A stretch of DNA of 64,000 bases from Macrostomum lignano (Eukaryota). The stretch covers positions 119,687 through 183,686 of the forward strand of contig NIVC01000234.1 in NCBI GenBank assembly GCA_002269645.1. The letters run 5' to 3'. The notes under the pieces were generated by a model. It did not search any database, was not told the origin of the DNA, and worked only from the letters and a program-made list of their open reading frames with translations. This document shows positions 1 through 12,995 of the stretch, in pieces (position 1 is the first letter of the stretch; every line of letters starts with the position of its first letter). A program made the translations under genes and the position numbers.

Positions 1-960
1 TACCCATTATCAATCCAACCTACCCTGCTATCTACCCATTATCAATCCAACCTACCCTGCTATCTACCCATTATCTACCCAATCTACCCTGCTATGTACC
101 CATTATCTACCCAATCTACCCTGCTATGTACCCATTATCTACCCAATCTACCCTGCTATCTACCCATTATCTACCAATCTACCCTGCTATCTACCCATTA
201 TCAATCCAACCTACCCTGCTATCTACCTATTATCTACCCAATCTACCCTGCTATCTACCCATTATCTACCCAACCTACCCTGCTATGTACCCATTATCTA
301 CCCAATCTACCCTGCTATGTACCCATTATCTACCCAATCTACCCTGCTATCTACCCATTATCTACCCAATCTACCCTGCTATGTACCCATTATCTACCCA
401 ATCTACCCTGCTATGTACCCATTATCAATCCAACCTACCCTGCTATCTACCCATTATCAATCCAACCTACCCTGCTATCTACCCATTATCTACCCAATCT
501 ACCCTGCTATCTACCCATTATCAATCCAACCTACCCTGCTATCTACCCATTATCTACCCAATCTACCCTGCTATCTACCCATTATCAATCCAACCTACCC
601 TGCTATCTACCCATTATCTACCCAATCTACCCTGCTATCTACCCATTATCAATCCAACCTACCCTGCTATCTACCCATTATCTACCCAATCTACCCTGCT
701 ATCTACCTTTATTTACCCGTCCTACCCTAATATTTACCCATTATCTACCCAATCTATCTTACAATCTACCCATTCTCTACTTAATCTACCCTGCTATCTA
801 CTTGTATCTACCCATTATCTACCCAATCTATCTGCTATCTACCTATCATCTATCCAATCTAACATGCTATCTACCTTTATTTACCCGACCTACCCTGCTA
901 TTTACCCATTAGCTACCCAATCTACCCTAAAATCTACTTAATCTATCCGTCTACACTGCT
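1..960. repeat. 32-bp minisatellite array (runs off the window start)
   Basis: Unit tacccattatctacccaatctaccctgctatc, with variant tacccattatcaatccaacctaccctgctatc; degenerates after ~700. ORFs in all three + frames are repeat artefacts. Confidence 0.97.
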
Positions 961-1479
961 ATCTACCCATTCTCTATGCAGTCTACTCAGTGCTCAAAAT
1001 CCTACAAGTTATCGAACCCCAAGCCAACTAAACTCATGCAGTCACCAATAGGCACTTATCCATGCAGAAACATGATCCCAATCTCCATCGCAAACTCACG
1101 CTTGACCACTTCCACTCACTAAGCAAAGCGAGAGGTTTCAGAACCCCCTTACGGTATGCTGCAGTTAGAGAAATTTATGAGTATAGTGTATATACTACCT
1201 AGCCAGCACTTAAGGGGTTTCACAGATGGATGTGTGGGATTCTGTAGCAATCAGAATAGGGTGAATAGCACTTGTGTGGCTTGTAAATTCACTCTCGCAT
1301 TGGTGAAAAAAATAGAGTAGAGAGGAATGCTACAGCATTAGACTTGTATGAAGATTTTACTGCGTTTTATTGAGTTTGTAGAATGTTTGCGGCTTCCCTG
1401 CTTCTACGCTAGTGTATGAATAATATCTCAATATTTAGAATAAAGGTGCACACAATGAGATATTAGTTAGATAATGGGT

Positions 1480-2728
1480 AGAAGAGTAGAGGTAGACAAT
1501 GAGTAGACACTGGAGTAGGTTGAGTAGACACTGGAGTAGATTGAGTAGACAATGAGTAGACACTAAAGTACTTGGAGTAGATCGGGTATACAATAAGAGT
1601 AGACACCGAGTAGATTGCCTAGACGATAAGTAGACACTGGAGTAGATTGAGTAGACACTGGAGTAGATTGAATAGACACAGGAGTAGATAGGGTAGAGAA
1701 TGAGTAGCCACAGGAGTAGATTGGGTAGAGAATGAGTAGACACTGGAGTAGATAGGGTAGAGAATGAGTAGCCACAGGAATAGATTGGGTAGAGAATGAG
1801 TAGACACAGCTAGGAGTAGATTGGGTAGACAACCAGTAGACACTGAAGCGGATCGAGTAGATACAGGAGTAGATTGGGTAGAGAATGAGTAGACACAGGA
1901 GTAGATTGAGTAGAGAATGAGTAGACACAGGAGTAGATTGAGTAGAGAATGAGTAGACACAGGAGTAGATTGAGTAGAGAATGAGTAGACACAGGAGTAG
2001 ATTGAGTAGAGAATGAGTAGACACAGGAGTAGATTGAGTAGAGAATGAGTAGACACAGGAGTAGATTGGGTAGACAATGAGTAGACACAGAAGTAGATTG
2101 GGTAGACAATGAGTAGACACAGGAGTAGATTGGGTAGAGAATGAGTAGACACAGTAGTAGATTGGGTAGACAATGAGTAGACACAGGAGTAGATTGAGTA
2201 GAGAATGAGTAGACACAGGAGTAGATTGAGTAGAGAATGAGTAGACACAGGAGTAGATTGAGTAGAGAATGAGTAGACACAGGAGTAGATTGGGTAGACA
2301 ATGAGTAGACACAGGAGTAGATTGGGTAGACAATGAGTAGACACAGGAGTAGATTGGGTAGACAATGAGTAGACACAGGAGTAGATTGAGTAGACAATGA
2401 GTAGACACAGGAGTAGATTGAGTAGAGAATGAGTAGACACAGGAGTAGATTGGGTAGAGAATGAGTAGACACAGGAGTAGATTGGGTAGACAATGAGTAG
2501 ACACAGGAGTAGATTGCGTAGAGATTGAGTAGACACAGGAGTAGATTGGGTAGACAATGAGTAGACACAGGAGTAGATTGGGTAGACAATGAGTAGACAC
2601 AGGAGTAGATTGCGTAGAGAATGAGTAGACACAGAAGTAGATTGGGTAGACAATGAGTAGACACAGTAGTAGATTGAGTAGAGAATGAGTAGCCACAGGA
2701 GAAGATTGGGTAGAGAATGAGTAGTCAC
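1480..2728. repeat. 32-bp minisatellite array, diverged inverted relative of the 1-960 array
   Basis: Unit gagtagacacaggagtagattgggtagacaat. Its reverse complement attgtctacccaatctactcctgtgtctactc aligns to attatctacccaatctaccctgctatctaccc. Confidence 0.95.
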
Positions 2729-2773
2729 AGGATAGCAGCATCAACCGAGCACTGCTCTCAATCTCTTCCCCAG

Positions 2774-5700
2774 GCAAAATCCCCCCGACCCTGCCTGTGT
2801 GCCCAGAAGAAGAGGAGCTCAAGGTGCAGGAATGCCAAAGCCGCCTCAATGCTTCGCTGGTGAACAGGCTGCCACAAAGTCGAGCATTTTACACCGGAGT
2901 GATGCAGCCCACAGAGCTTAGCAGAGTCTGCAAGTGAGTTATATTTTTTTATATAAATTATTGAACAAGTAGCTCTCATACATCATAATTGGCGGGATGC
3001 TAATTATAGAAAGATAATTGTCAGTATTAGGGATCGAATTTTCAGAGTGTAAGTATTTTAGTCAACTGTTTTGCTCAATTAAATTGCCCATCAAAATGTG
3101 TTGGATGACTCACCGATATGAACTTCCCGACTTGAAAGTTCTGAATATCCCGCTCCTTTAATGCTGAGATATGAAAACCTAAAGGGCCGACAGTTGGTGT
3201 CAGATAGCGCCGACAATGTGTCAGATGGGGCCGGAAATTTGTGTCAGATGGTGAAGACAATTGATGTCAGATAGCGCCGACAATTGGTGTCAGATAGCGC
3301 CGACAATTGATGTCAGATAGCGCCGACAATTGGTGACAGATAGCGCCGACAATTGGTGTCAGATAGCGCCGACAATTGATGTCAGATAGCGCCGACAATT
3401 GGTGTCAGATAGCGCCGACAATTGGTGTCAGATAGCGCCGACAATTGATGTCAGATAGCGCCGACAATTGATGTCAGATAGCGCCGACAATTGGTGTCAG
3501 ATAGCGCTTAAAATTAAGGTCAGATGGCGCCGACAATATGTTTCAGATAGCGCCAAAAATTTGTGTCAGTTGGCGAAGACAATTGATGTCAGATAGCGCC
3601 GACAATTGGTGTCATACGGCGCCGACAATTGGTGTCAGATAGTGCTTAAAATTAAGGTCAGATAGCGCTTAAAATTAAGGTCAGATGGCGCCGACAATAT
3701 GTGTTCGATTGCGCTTATGTTACTGTTAGGTGGCGTAAAAATATCGAGAAAATTTCAGTCAATCAGCCATAGCAGACCGTCACTCAAAGACAGGAAAAAA
3801 TCTGCACCCAAACGCACTTGCAGGATCATCACCTACTATTCGGCCTGCGACACCAATGCTCTCGGCTTTTGTCGACGAATCCGACCGACGCCGCCGCCGA
3901 CAGACTATTTCTTTATGTCGTTGGCGAACTTTTGCTATAACGGCGCTTTTAACGGTAGATCGACGCCCGACTTGTTTGGGACTCTGGGACTTTGGGACTC
4001 TGGGACTTTGGGACTCTGGGACTTTGGGACTCTGGGACTTTGGGACTCTGGGACTTTGGGACTCTGGGACTTTGGGACTCTGGGACTTTGGGACTCTGGG
4101 ACTTTGGGACTCTGGGACTTTGGGACTCTGGGACTTTGGGACTCTGGGACTTTGGGACTCTGGACTTTGGGACTCTGGGACTTTGGGACTCTGGGACTTT
4201 GGGACTCTGGGACTTTGGGACTCTGGGACTTTGGGACTCTGGGACTTTGGGACTCTGGGACTTTGGGACTCTGGGACTTTGGGACTCTGGGACTTTGGGA
4301 CTCTGGGACTTTGGGACTCTGGGACTTTGGGACTCTGGGACTTTGGGACTCTGGGACATCGGATTCGGAGTAAAAGGTGAATGAGGCTTTCCATTTCAAT
4401 TTCAGACTATCCAACCCTGTTCCTGTGCTATCGCTCAGCAAGCAGGCGAACTTCAGATTGTTACGAAAAATTTCGATTCAACACCGACAAGCAAGCAGCT
4501 CTGAGGCGCGGCTACGACTGCAGGTGATTGATTGTCAGATTGTCAGGTTGTCAGGTTGTCAGGTTGTCAGGTTGTCAGGTTGTCAGGCTGTCAGGTTGTC
4601 ATGTTGTCAGGTTGGTAGATTATCAGGTTGTCAAGTTGTCAGGTTGTCAGGTTGGTAGATTGTCAGGTTGTCAGGTTGTCAGGTTGTCAGGTTGGTAGAT
4701 TGTCAGGTTGTCAGGTTGTCAGGTTGCCAGATTTTCAGGTTGTTAGATTGTCAGATTGGCGCTAAACTAGCTGTCAGATTGGCGCTAAACTAGCTGTCAG
4801 ATTGATGCTAAACTAGCTCTCAGATTGGCGCTAAACTAGCTGTCAGATTGGCGCTAAACTAGCTGTCAGATTGGCGCTAAACTAGCTGTCAGATTGGCGC
4901 CAAACTAGCTGTCAGATTGGCGCTAAACTAGCTGTCAGATTGGCGCTAAACTAGCTGTCAGATTGGTGCTAAACTAAACTTAACTTAACTAGACTTTCTG
5001 ATGGAAGTTATTGCAACCGCAACATTTTTAATTAGGCATAAAAAAGCAGCACCAACAAGAAGCGCCGGGACTAACTTTGAAAAACAAAGGTGACTTGGCA
5101 GAATGTTGAGGTTCGTTAGATAAGGAGAGAAAAAACTACAGCAAGAATGTGTCAGTCAACACTAATTTACAGAATACTAGTCGCTGCAACTTCATAATTA
5201 AGTCTGGTAAAATTATGCTCTTAACTTAATTATTACAGTAACCATTTCAATGCTTTTAATTGAATTTGGTAGGACTGTATTTCGTAGAATTTATAAATTC
5301 AGACTGAAGGGTCTTCCATTCCAGTTGGCTAAATTAGAAGTCCTCGCGCACCACCACGGGCTAAAGGGGCGAGGATTTTAGGAAGTCCACGCGCTTATCT
5401 GTCAATTGGCTTGACACCTTTCTCACTATCTCACACTCGGTCTGCGTGCGTTCCTTTCTCTCTCTCTCTCTCTCTCTCCCTCCTGTTGTCGCTTCTTTAA
5501 TGCCAGCATCCTAGCTTCATCCAGGCAGATAGATATATAAGCAAGCAAGCGAGGTGTTCGCATACCTGACCCAAGGACAACCCAGGGATTCTTCGACAAC
5601 GACGAACAGTCTTATAAGGGCCAAAATACCTTTAACCCTCCAAGGCGTTGAAATAGATTGATGGTTTTGTGGGGGGAAACTACGATAGGAGGGGATGCTA

Positions 5701-8340
5701 TTCAAACTATTTTGTAAGTGTGTGCACGCGCGTGTGACATTCTGTTTGACCCCTTCAAGGACATATTACTTAAGCAATTGGATTTAGAAGTCAGCGCCAG
5801 AGCGGCAACAATCATAGTCCCGTAGAATATTCAAGGATGCAGACAATATTTTAGCGCCACAGACAAGATTTTAGCGTCGCAGCCAAGATTTTAGCGCCAC
5901 AGACAAGATTTTAGCGCCACAGACAAGATTTTAGCGCCACAGACAAGATCTTAGCGCCACAGACAAGATTTTAGCGCCACAGACTAGATTTTAGCGCCAC
6001 AGACAAGATTTTAGCGCCACACACTAGATTTTAGCGCCACAGACAAGATCTTAGCGCCACAGACAAGATTTTAGCGCCACAGACTAGATTTTAGCGCCAC
6101 AGACAAGATTTTAGCGCCACAGACAAGATTTTAGCGCCACAGACAAGATTTTAGCGTCACAGACAAGATTTTAGCGCCACAGACTAGATTTTAGCGCCAC
6201 AGACAAGATTTTAGCGCCACAGACAAGATTTTAGCGTCACAGACAAGATTTTAGCGCCACAGACTAGACTTTAGCGCCACAGACTAGATTTTAGCGCCAC
6301 ACACTAGATTTTAGCGCCACAGACAAGATTTTAGCGCCACAGACAAGATTTTAGCGCCACAGACAAGATTTTAGCGCCACAGACAAGATCTTAGCGCCAC
6401 AGACAAGATCTTAGCGCCACAGACAAGATTTTAGCGCCACAGACAAGATTTTAGCGCTGCAGACTAGATCTTAGCGCCACAGACAAGATTTTAGCGCCAC
6501 AGACAAGATTTTAGCGCCACAGACAAGATTTTAGCGCCACAGACAAGATTTTAGTGCTGCAGACTAGATCTTAGCGCCACAGACAAGATTTTAGCGCCAC
6601 AAACAAGATTTTAGCGCCACAGACAAGATCTTAGCGCCAAAGACAAGATTCTGGCGAAAATTGTAAAATAATTCAGATTTAAAACTGGCAAGGGGACGGT
6701 TTTAGCAATACCCACTGCTGGGAACAAACTAAAAAAGCGCTGTGCCTCTATTTCAGCATAAAGAGCTTTAAGAAGACATTGGCTTCAGAATTTTTTTAGT
6801 CCAGAATTTAGTTCTGTATAGCGAAAAATGATGAAAATAGTTATCCAGATGAAACGATTAGTAAGGCTACAAAAGTCTTAACTGGTATGTTGGGGTTAAA
6901 TGCCCTGTCCAAGACAATGCAGTGTTGCTGGTAGCTAGCTGGCTCTGTTTCCAGCTGAACAAAGTGCCCCCGTTCTTAGACTTTCAGTTGTTTTCTTATA
7001 TACGATTCAAGTGTCCCAAAATCCGTGTCACAAAGTTTCTCTCCTTGTCTGGCATCTTCAACTCTCCCTAGAGGAAGCCCTACCTGTGTAGCCAAAGATA
7101 AAAGTATACCTATGTAGCTGGTAGTTTAGTAACAGTCCATTAGCATTGAAATAACAATGCCGATTGTCCCGAAATCCCTTAGCAATTATTGGCGCAAAAA
7201 TTGCTTCCTGTTTTTCAGGCTGTACAGATCCCTAGTCGACTGCGTTGCTAAGGAAATCGGCTCGATGTGCGGGGAAGAGGCGGTGAAGCTGGTCGAACCA
7301 CTGCTGGAAATCTCAGTGCCCACTGCGGCTTTCTGCACTTCGAACAAGTTCATGGTGACTGGACTGTGCTGTGTGATTTTGCTATTGGGTGGCGCACTCA
7401 AGATGATGCAGCTGTCCCCATCTAAATATCAGCACCCTCTATGCCCCTGAGACACATACCCTCTATGACCCTCAGACACCCACCCTCTATGACTCTGAGA
7501 CACCCACCCTCTATGAACGTGAGACACCCACCCTCTATGACCATGAGACATCTACCCTGTATGACCCTCAGACACCCACCCTCTATGAACATGAGACATC
7601 CACCCTCTATGACCATGAGACATCTACCCTGTATGACCCTCAGCCACCCAGCCTCTATGACTCTGAGACACCCACCCTCTATGAACGTGAGACACCCACA
7701 CTCTATGACCATGAGACATCTACCATGACCCTCAGACACCCAGCCTCTATGACCGTGAGACACCCACCCTCTGTGAACGTGAGACACCCACCCTCTATGA
7801 CCATGAGACATCTACCCTGTATGACCCTCAGACACCAACCCTCTATGAATCTGAGACACCCACCCTCTATGACCGTGAGACACCCACCCTCTAAGACTCT
7901 GAGACACCCACCCTCTATGACCATGAGACATCTCCCCTGTATGACCCTCAGACACCCAGCCTCTATGACTCTGAGACACCCACCCTGTATGACTCTGAGA
8001 CACCCACCCTGTATGACTCTGAGACACCCACCCTCTATGACATTGAGACACTCACCCTCTATGACCCTGTGACACATATCTCCGATTATAGAAGTATTCT
8101 AATTCAATTAACATTCACTCCCTCCGGCTCACTCTTCTTCAGAAGTACGTGGTGTCGCTACAAAACGACAAAACTGTCAACTCAGGCGAAGGTGCAACAT
8201 CGGGAAGCAGTGCCAACCCGCTGGTCTCGGGCGATGACGGCGTCACCTCAGACTCGGCATCAAACTCAGTGTCGAAATTCATCCTGGCAATTAGTTTGAC
8301 TATTGTCGCTTTTATCCAATTGACTTATGACAGATTTTAA
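2774..8340 (+). CDS. 3' part (3 exons) of an uncharacterised Cys-rich, probably GPI-anchored surface protein
   Basis: Exons 2774-2933 (ccccag| ... |gtgagt), 7219-7354 (tttttcag| ... |gtgact) and 8143-8340 (cttcttcag|, stop TAA) splice in phase (aa+g=Lys, then phase 0). Product: KIPPTLPVCPEEEELKVQECQSRLNASLVNRLPQSRAFYTGVMQPTELSRVCK-LYRSLVDCVAKEIGSMCGEEAVKLVEPLLEISVPTAAFCTSNKFM-KYVVSLQNDKTVNSGEGATSGSSANPLVSGDDGVTSDSASNSVSKFILAISLTIVAFIQLTYDRF*. It has six Cys, an S/G-rich spacer and a terminal hydrophobic tail. The 5' exons are presumably upstream of the window. An alternative acceptor is possible at 2730/2731. Confidence 0.72.
3191..3690. repeat. 23-bp minisatellite (gatagcgccgacaattggtgtca)
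   Basis: Tandem copies read directly, partly self-complementary (aattg.tgtc...gacaatt); intronic. Confidence 0.93.
3977..4357. repeat. 9-bp repeat with 18-bp dimer periodicity (tgggactct/tgggacttt)
   Basis: Two 9-mers alternate strictly, with one 1-bp-deleted unit near 4160. The WDFGTLG and SQSPKVP ORFs are artefacts. Confidence 0.97.
4521..4755. repeat. 8-bp repeat (gttgtcag)n
   Basis: Direct reading; interspersed gttggtagatt variants. Confidence 0.92.
4756..4978. repeat. 23-bp minisatellite (gattggcgctaaactagctgtca)
   Basis: About 9-10 near-perfect tandem copies. Confidence 0.95.
5848..6650. repeat. 20-bp minisatellite (ttttagcgccacagacaaga)
   Basis: About 40 tandem copies with agactaga and gatctt variants. 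Confidence 0.97.
7432..8075. repeat. 24-bp minisatellite (ctctatgactctgagacacccacc) filling an intron
   Basis: Tandem copies between the exons ending 7354 and starting 8143. The MTLRHPPS ORFs are artefacts. Confidence 0.94.
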
Positions 8341-8704
8341 TAAATCATAGCTATAGATCACTCAATTTATCGACAGATGGAGCAGAAGGAAAATATTGAA
8401 GAGAGCGTATTGAAGAAGATTGAAGAAGATTGAGTAAAGCGACCTTCTGCTCCAGCTGTCTATATGCATAAATTCTACGTTTTTAAAACATTCATTCAGG
8501 CAAGATATTTCCAATTAACTTAATGCAACTCAACTCGTATACACCATATAGTAATGGTCACCATCATATAGCTCTCTTTCTGTATTGTGTGTTCAAATCA
8601 TTTGCTACTCCTGATGCATGTTAGTTTCATTTTTTGTGACATAAAGCGCCCTATATGTACATCTTTTTGTGTATTTTTCTGATTTTATTTAAATTGATAG
8701 AAGC

Positions 8705-9155
8705 GGGTGTACATTGGCTGTGAGAGGGTGAGGGTTGGTCACTGAGGATCGGGTGTACATTGGCTGTTGGAGAGGGGTGGGGGTTTGGCCATTGAGGGGC
8801 GTGTGTACATTGGCTGTTGGAGAGGGGTGGGGGTTTGGCCATTGAGGGGCGTGTGTACATTGGCTGTTGGAGAGGGTTGGGGGTTTGGCCATTGAGGGGC
8901 GTGTGTACATTGGCTGTTGGAGAGGGCCGTGGGTGTTTGGCCATTGAGGGGCGTGTGTACATTGGCTGTTGGAGAGGGGTGGGGGTTTGGCCATTGAGGG
9001 GCGTGTGTACATTGGCTGTTGGAGAGGGGTGGGGGTTTGGCCATTGAGGGGCGTGTGTACATTGGCTGTTGAAGAGGGCCGTGGGTGTTTGGCCATTGAG
9101 GGGCGTGTGTACATTGGCTGTTGGAGAGGGGTGGGGGTTTGGCCATTGAGGGGCT
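8705..9155. repeat. 50-bp G-rich minisatellite
   Basis: Unit gtgtgtacattggctgttggagaggggtgggggtttggccattgaggggc; period 50 (attgaggggc at 8791 and 8841); about 8 copies. Confidence 0.96.
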
Positions 9156-10004
9156 TGTGAGAGGGCTTATGATGCCGAGGGTTGGTGTGGGGTTGGTTTT
9201 TGAGAAGCGTGTGTACAACGTGTACACTGTACAACTTTATGTTGTATTTATATAATTTGCATGCACGTTATTACAGCTTACAACCTACATGTATCAGATA
9301 CTTCTAGCGTAGTTGCAAATGTCTTTAGTCAAGTTCGTTATTGAAAATCAGTATGTACCTTGGTGTGCGTGTACTTAAATAGCTATAAATACATGTAATA
9401 ATTAGACTGCTTTCAGATGAACAGAATTAATGTGATTGTGCCAGTCAGTGTATACTGTGAGCAATCAGATTGCTTATTTATTGTGCAAGAGTTTTGTCGA
9501 AACTAAACGAAAAAGTCCATAGTCTGATCGAAGCTTCTGAAGTTATACAAGTTCTACTAAATTTACTTTATGTATGTAGAGCTAGATACGTAATACGCGT
9601 AAGATGTGAGCACAGCAACAAGGAAACTGCATTAGATTAACGACACGCCCTGGGATTAGATAAGAAAGGATGAGCGGAAATGGCGAGGCCTCCGCTTCCC
9701 TGCCCACTGCATGCTCAGCGCTCATCATCTAAGGGGAATTGAGTCGGCGGAATTAACGTACCACAGGATTGAAAGACACTGCTGATAATAGATTAAAAAT
9801 TTCCCCTGGTCACACTTCCTCTGCGAGGCTTCTACAAGGATATCGCCTGTATATAATAACTCATACAGCATTCAGGCCTTTTATTAAGAGAGCAAGCAGG
9901 AAGTAGATAATTGTCTCAATTAGGAAGCGGAGATTCAGTTTTGCACGCCTGCAGCATATTTCACTCCAAGCGGACTAATGTGTAGCATTTCACCTGTCTC
10001 TTTT

Positions 10005-11920
10005 CACTTCAAGCCTCTGAAGCATTTCACTTCAAGCCTCTATCTCACCCTCTGTAGCCTCTTTATCTCCCCCTCTGTAGCCTCATTATCTCACCCTCTG
10101 TAGACTCTTTATCTCACCCACTGTAGCCTCATTACCTCACCCTCTGTAGCCTCTTTATCTCACCCACTGTAGCCTCATTACCTCACCCTCTGTAGCCTCT
10201 TTATCTCACCCACTGAAGCCTCTATCTCACCCTCTGTAGCCTCTTTATCTCACCCACTGAAGCCTCTATCTCACCCTCTGTAGCCTCTTTATCTCCCCCT
10301 CTGTAGCCTCATTATCTCACCCTCTGTAGACTCTTTATCTCACCCACTGTAGCCTCTTTATCTCACCCTCTGTAGCCTCTTTATCCCCCTCTGAAGCCTC
10401 TTTATCCCCCCCCCACTGTAGCCTCTTTATCTCACCCACTGTAGCCTCTTTATCTCACCCTCTGTAGCCTCTTTATCCCCCCTCTGAAGCCTCTTTATCC
10501 CCCCCCCCACTGTAGCCTCTTTATCTCACCCACTGTAGCCTCTTTATCTCACCCTCTGTAGCCTTTTTATCTCACCCACTGTAGCCTTTTTATCTCCCCC
10601 TCTGTAGCCTCTTTATCTCACCCACTGTAGCCTTTTTATCTCACCCTCTGTAGCCTCTTTATCTCACCCTCTGTAGCCTTTTTATCTCACCCACTGTAGC
10701 CTCTTTATCTCACCCACTGTAGCCTCTTTATCTCACCCACTGTAGCCTCTTTATCTCACCCTCTGTAGCCTTTTTATCTCACCCACTGTAGCCACATTAC
10801 CTCACCCTCTGTAGCCTCTTTATCTCACCCACTGTAGCCTCTATCTCACCCTCTGTAGCCTCATTATCTCACCCTCTGTAGCCTCATTATCTCCCCCTCT
10901 GTAGCCTCTTTATCCCCCCTCTGTAGCCTCTTTATCCCCCCCACTGTAGCCTTTTTATCTCACCCTCTGTAGCCTCTTTATCTCACCCACCGTAGCCTCC
11001 TTCTCACCCTCTGTAGCCTCTATCTCACCCTCTGTAGCCTCTTTATCTCACCCTCTGTAGCCTCTTTATCTCACCCACTGTAGCCTCTATCTCACCCTCT
11101 GTAGCCTCTTTATCTCACCCACTGTAGCCTCTTTATCTCACCCACTGTAGCCTCATTATCTCACCCTCTGTAGCCTCTTTATCTCACCCACTGTAGCCTC
11201 TATCTCACCCTCTGTAGCCTCATTATCTCACCCTCTGTAGCCTCATTATCTCACCCTCTGTAGCCTCTTTATCTCACCCTCTGTAGCCTTTTTATCTCCC
11301 CCTCTGTAGCCTATTTATCTCACCCTCTGTAGCCTCTTTATCTCACCCACTGTAGCCTCTATCTCACCCTCTGTAGCCTCTTTATCTCACCCACTGTAGC
11401 CTCTATCTCACCCTCTGTAGCCTTTTTATCTCACCCTCTGTAGCCTCTTTATCTCACCCACTGTAGCCTCTATCTCACCCTCTGTAGCCTCTTTATCTCA
11501 CCCACTGTAGTCTCTTTATCTCACCCACTGTAGCCTCTTTATCTCACCCTCTGTAGCCTCTTTATCTCACCCTCTGTAGCCTCTTTTTCTCACCCTCTGT
11601 AGCCTCATTATCTCACCCTCTGTAGCCTCTTTATCTCACCCTGTGTAGCCTCTTTATCTCACCCACTGTAGCCTCTATCTCACCATCTGTAGCCTTTTTA
11701 TCTCACCCACTGTAGCCTCTATCTCACCCTCTGTAGCCTCATTATCTCACCCACTGTAGCCTCATTATCTCACCCTCTGTAGCCTCTTTATCTCCCCCTC
11801 TGTAGCCTCATTATCTCACCCTCTGTAGCCTCATTATCTCACCCTCTGTAGCCTCATTATCTCACCCTCTGTAGCCTCATTATCCCACCCTCTAGTCTCT
11901 TTATTTCCCCCTCTGTACTC
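10005..11920. repeat. 23/21-bp pyrimidine-rich minisatellite (ctgtagcctctttatctcaccct)
   Basis: About 80 tandem copies; 21-bp variant with ctctatctc. Confidence 0.97.
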
Positions 11921-12414
11921 CTATCCTCTTCTGTACCCCCGTGTATTTTTTATTATACCAAAGAAAGAGATCAGACAATACCTGTAGCAAAAAATGTAAT
12001 CATACGATCTAACAATAGATTTATGTAAATATGATTAGCAGATTAAAGCAAATTTATTTCCGCCTAAAAATACGGATAAACCGATCGATAAAAGATATAA
12101 AAGTGCGTAAAAAAATTGACTAATAAAGAAAAAAACTAATTTTGATTGCACATAGAAATAACGGATAAATTTTATACATTTACACTACTAACTCTAGCAG
12201 ACGAGCAGTAGTATAACCAGCAACTCTGACACGTCAGATGCGTGGTCTTGGATAGATACTGGTAGATAGAAGCATAAATTGCATTGCAGACTGGATAGAG
12301 CCGTTAAACAGCGGATTTTAAATATAAAAATAAAATCTGATTCTATCCAAAGTATGGAAGAATTCTATCAATCATGTTTAAATCTCTCAGTCATGATTAA
12401 ACAGTCACTGACTG

Positions 12415-12885
12415 GTGCCTCAGTCAGTCAGTCAGTCAATCATTACATCAATTTTTTAATGAACAAGTCAATCAATCAATCAATTAATCAACCAACCAAT
12501 CCATCAATCAGCCAATTATTACATCAATTTTTTAATGAACAAGTCAATCAATCAATCAATCAGTCAATCAATCAGTCAATCAACCAATCAGTCAATGAAT
12601 GAATGAATGAATCAGTCAATCAATAAATCAATCAGTTAGTCAACCAATCAGTCAATCAATAAATCAATCAGTTAGTCAACCAATCAGTCAATCAATAAAT
12701 CAATCAGTTAGTCAACCAATCAGTCAATCAGTCAATCAATAAGTCATCCAATTAGTCAATCAATCAATCAGTCAATCAATCAACCAATTAGTCAATCAAT
12801 CAATAAACCAACCAATCAGTCAATCAATCAATCATCCAGTCAATCAATCAATTAGTCAATCAATCAGCAAGCCAGTCAGTCATCA
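12415..12885. repeat. Degenerate (AATC/AGTC)n tetranucleotide repeat
   Basis: Runs of caatcaat and cagtcaat. Confidence 0.9.
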
Positions 12886-12995
12886 AGTTTGAGAAATAGT
12901 AAAAAACAAAATCTAAAAAATAAGCACAATTATCCAGCATAATCAAGAAAAAAACTCTGTATAAAATGATCCAGTCATAGAGAGTGAGCCATGTC

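Noticed and set aside
5660-5685. ttttgtggggggaaa resembling the Gypsy PPT
   Set aside because: No adjacent LTR sequence; low-complexity coincidence.
94-8077. Long ORFs over tandem arrays (YPLSTQ, STQSTP, WDFGTLG, MTLRHPP types)
   Set aside because: They are open in several frames and strands simply because the monomers lack stops. No splice context or domain; they lie inside inferred introns.
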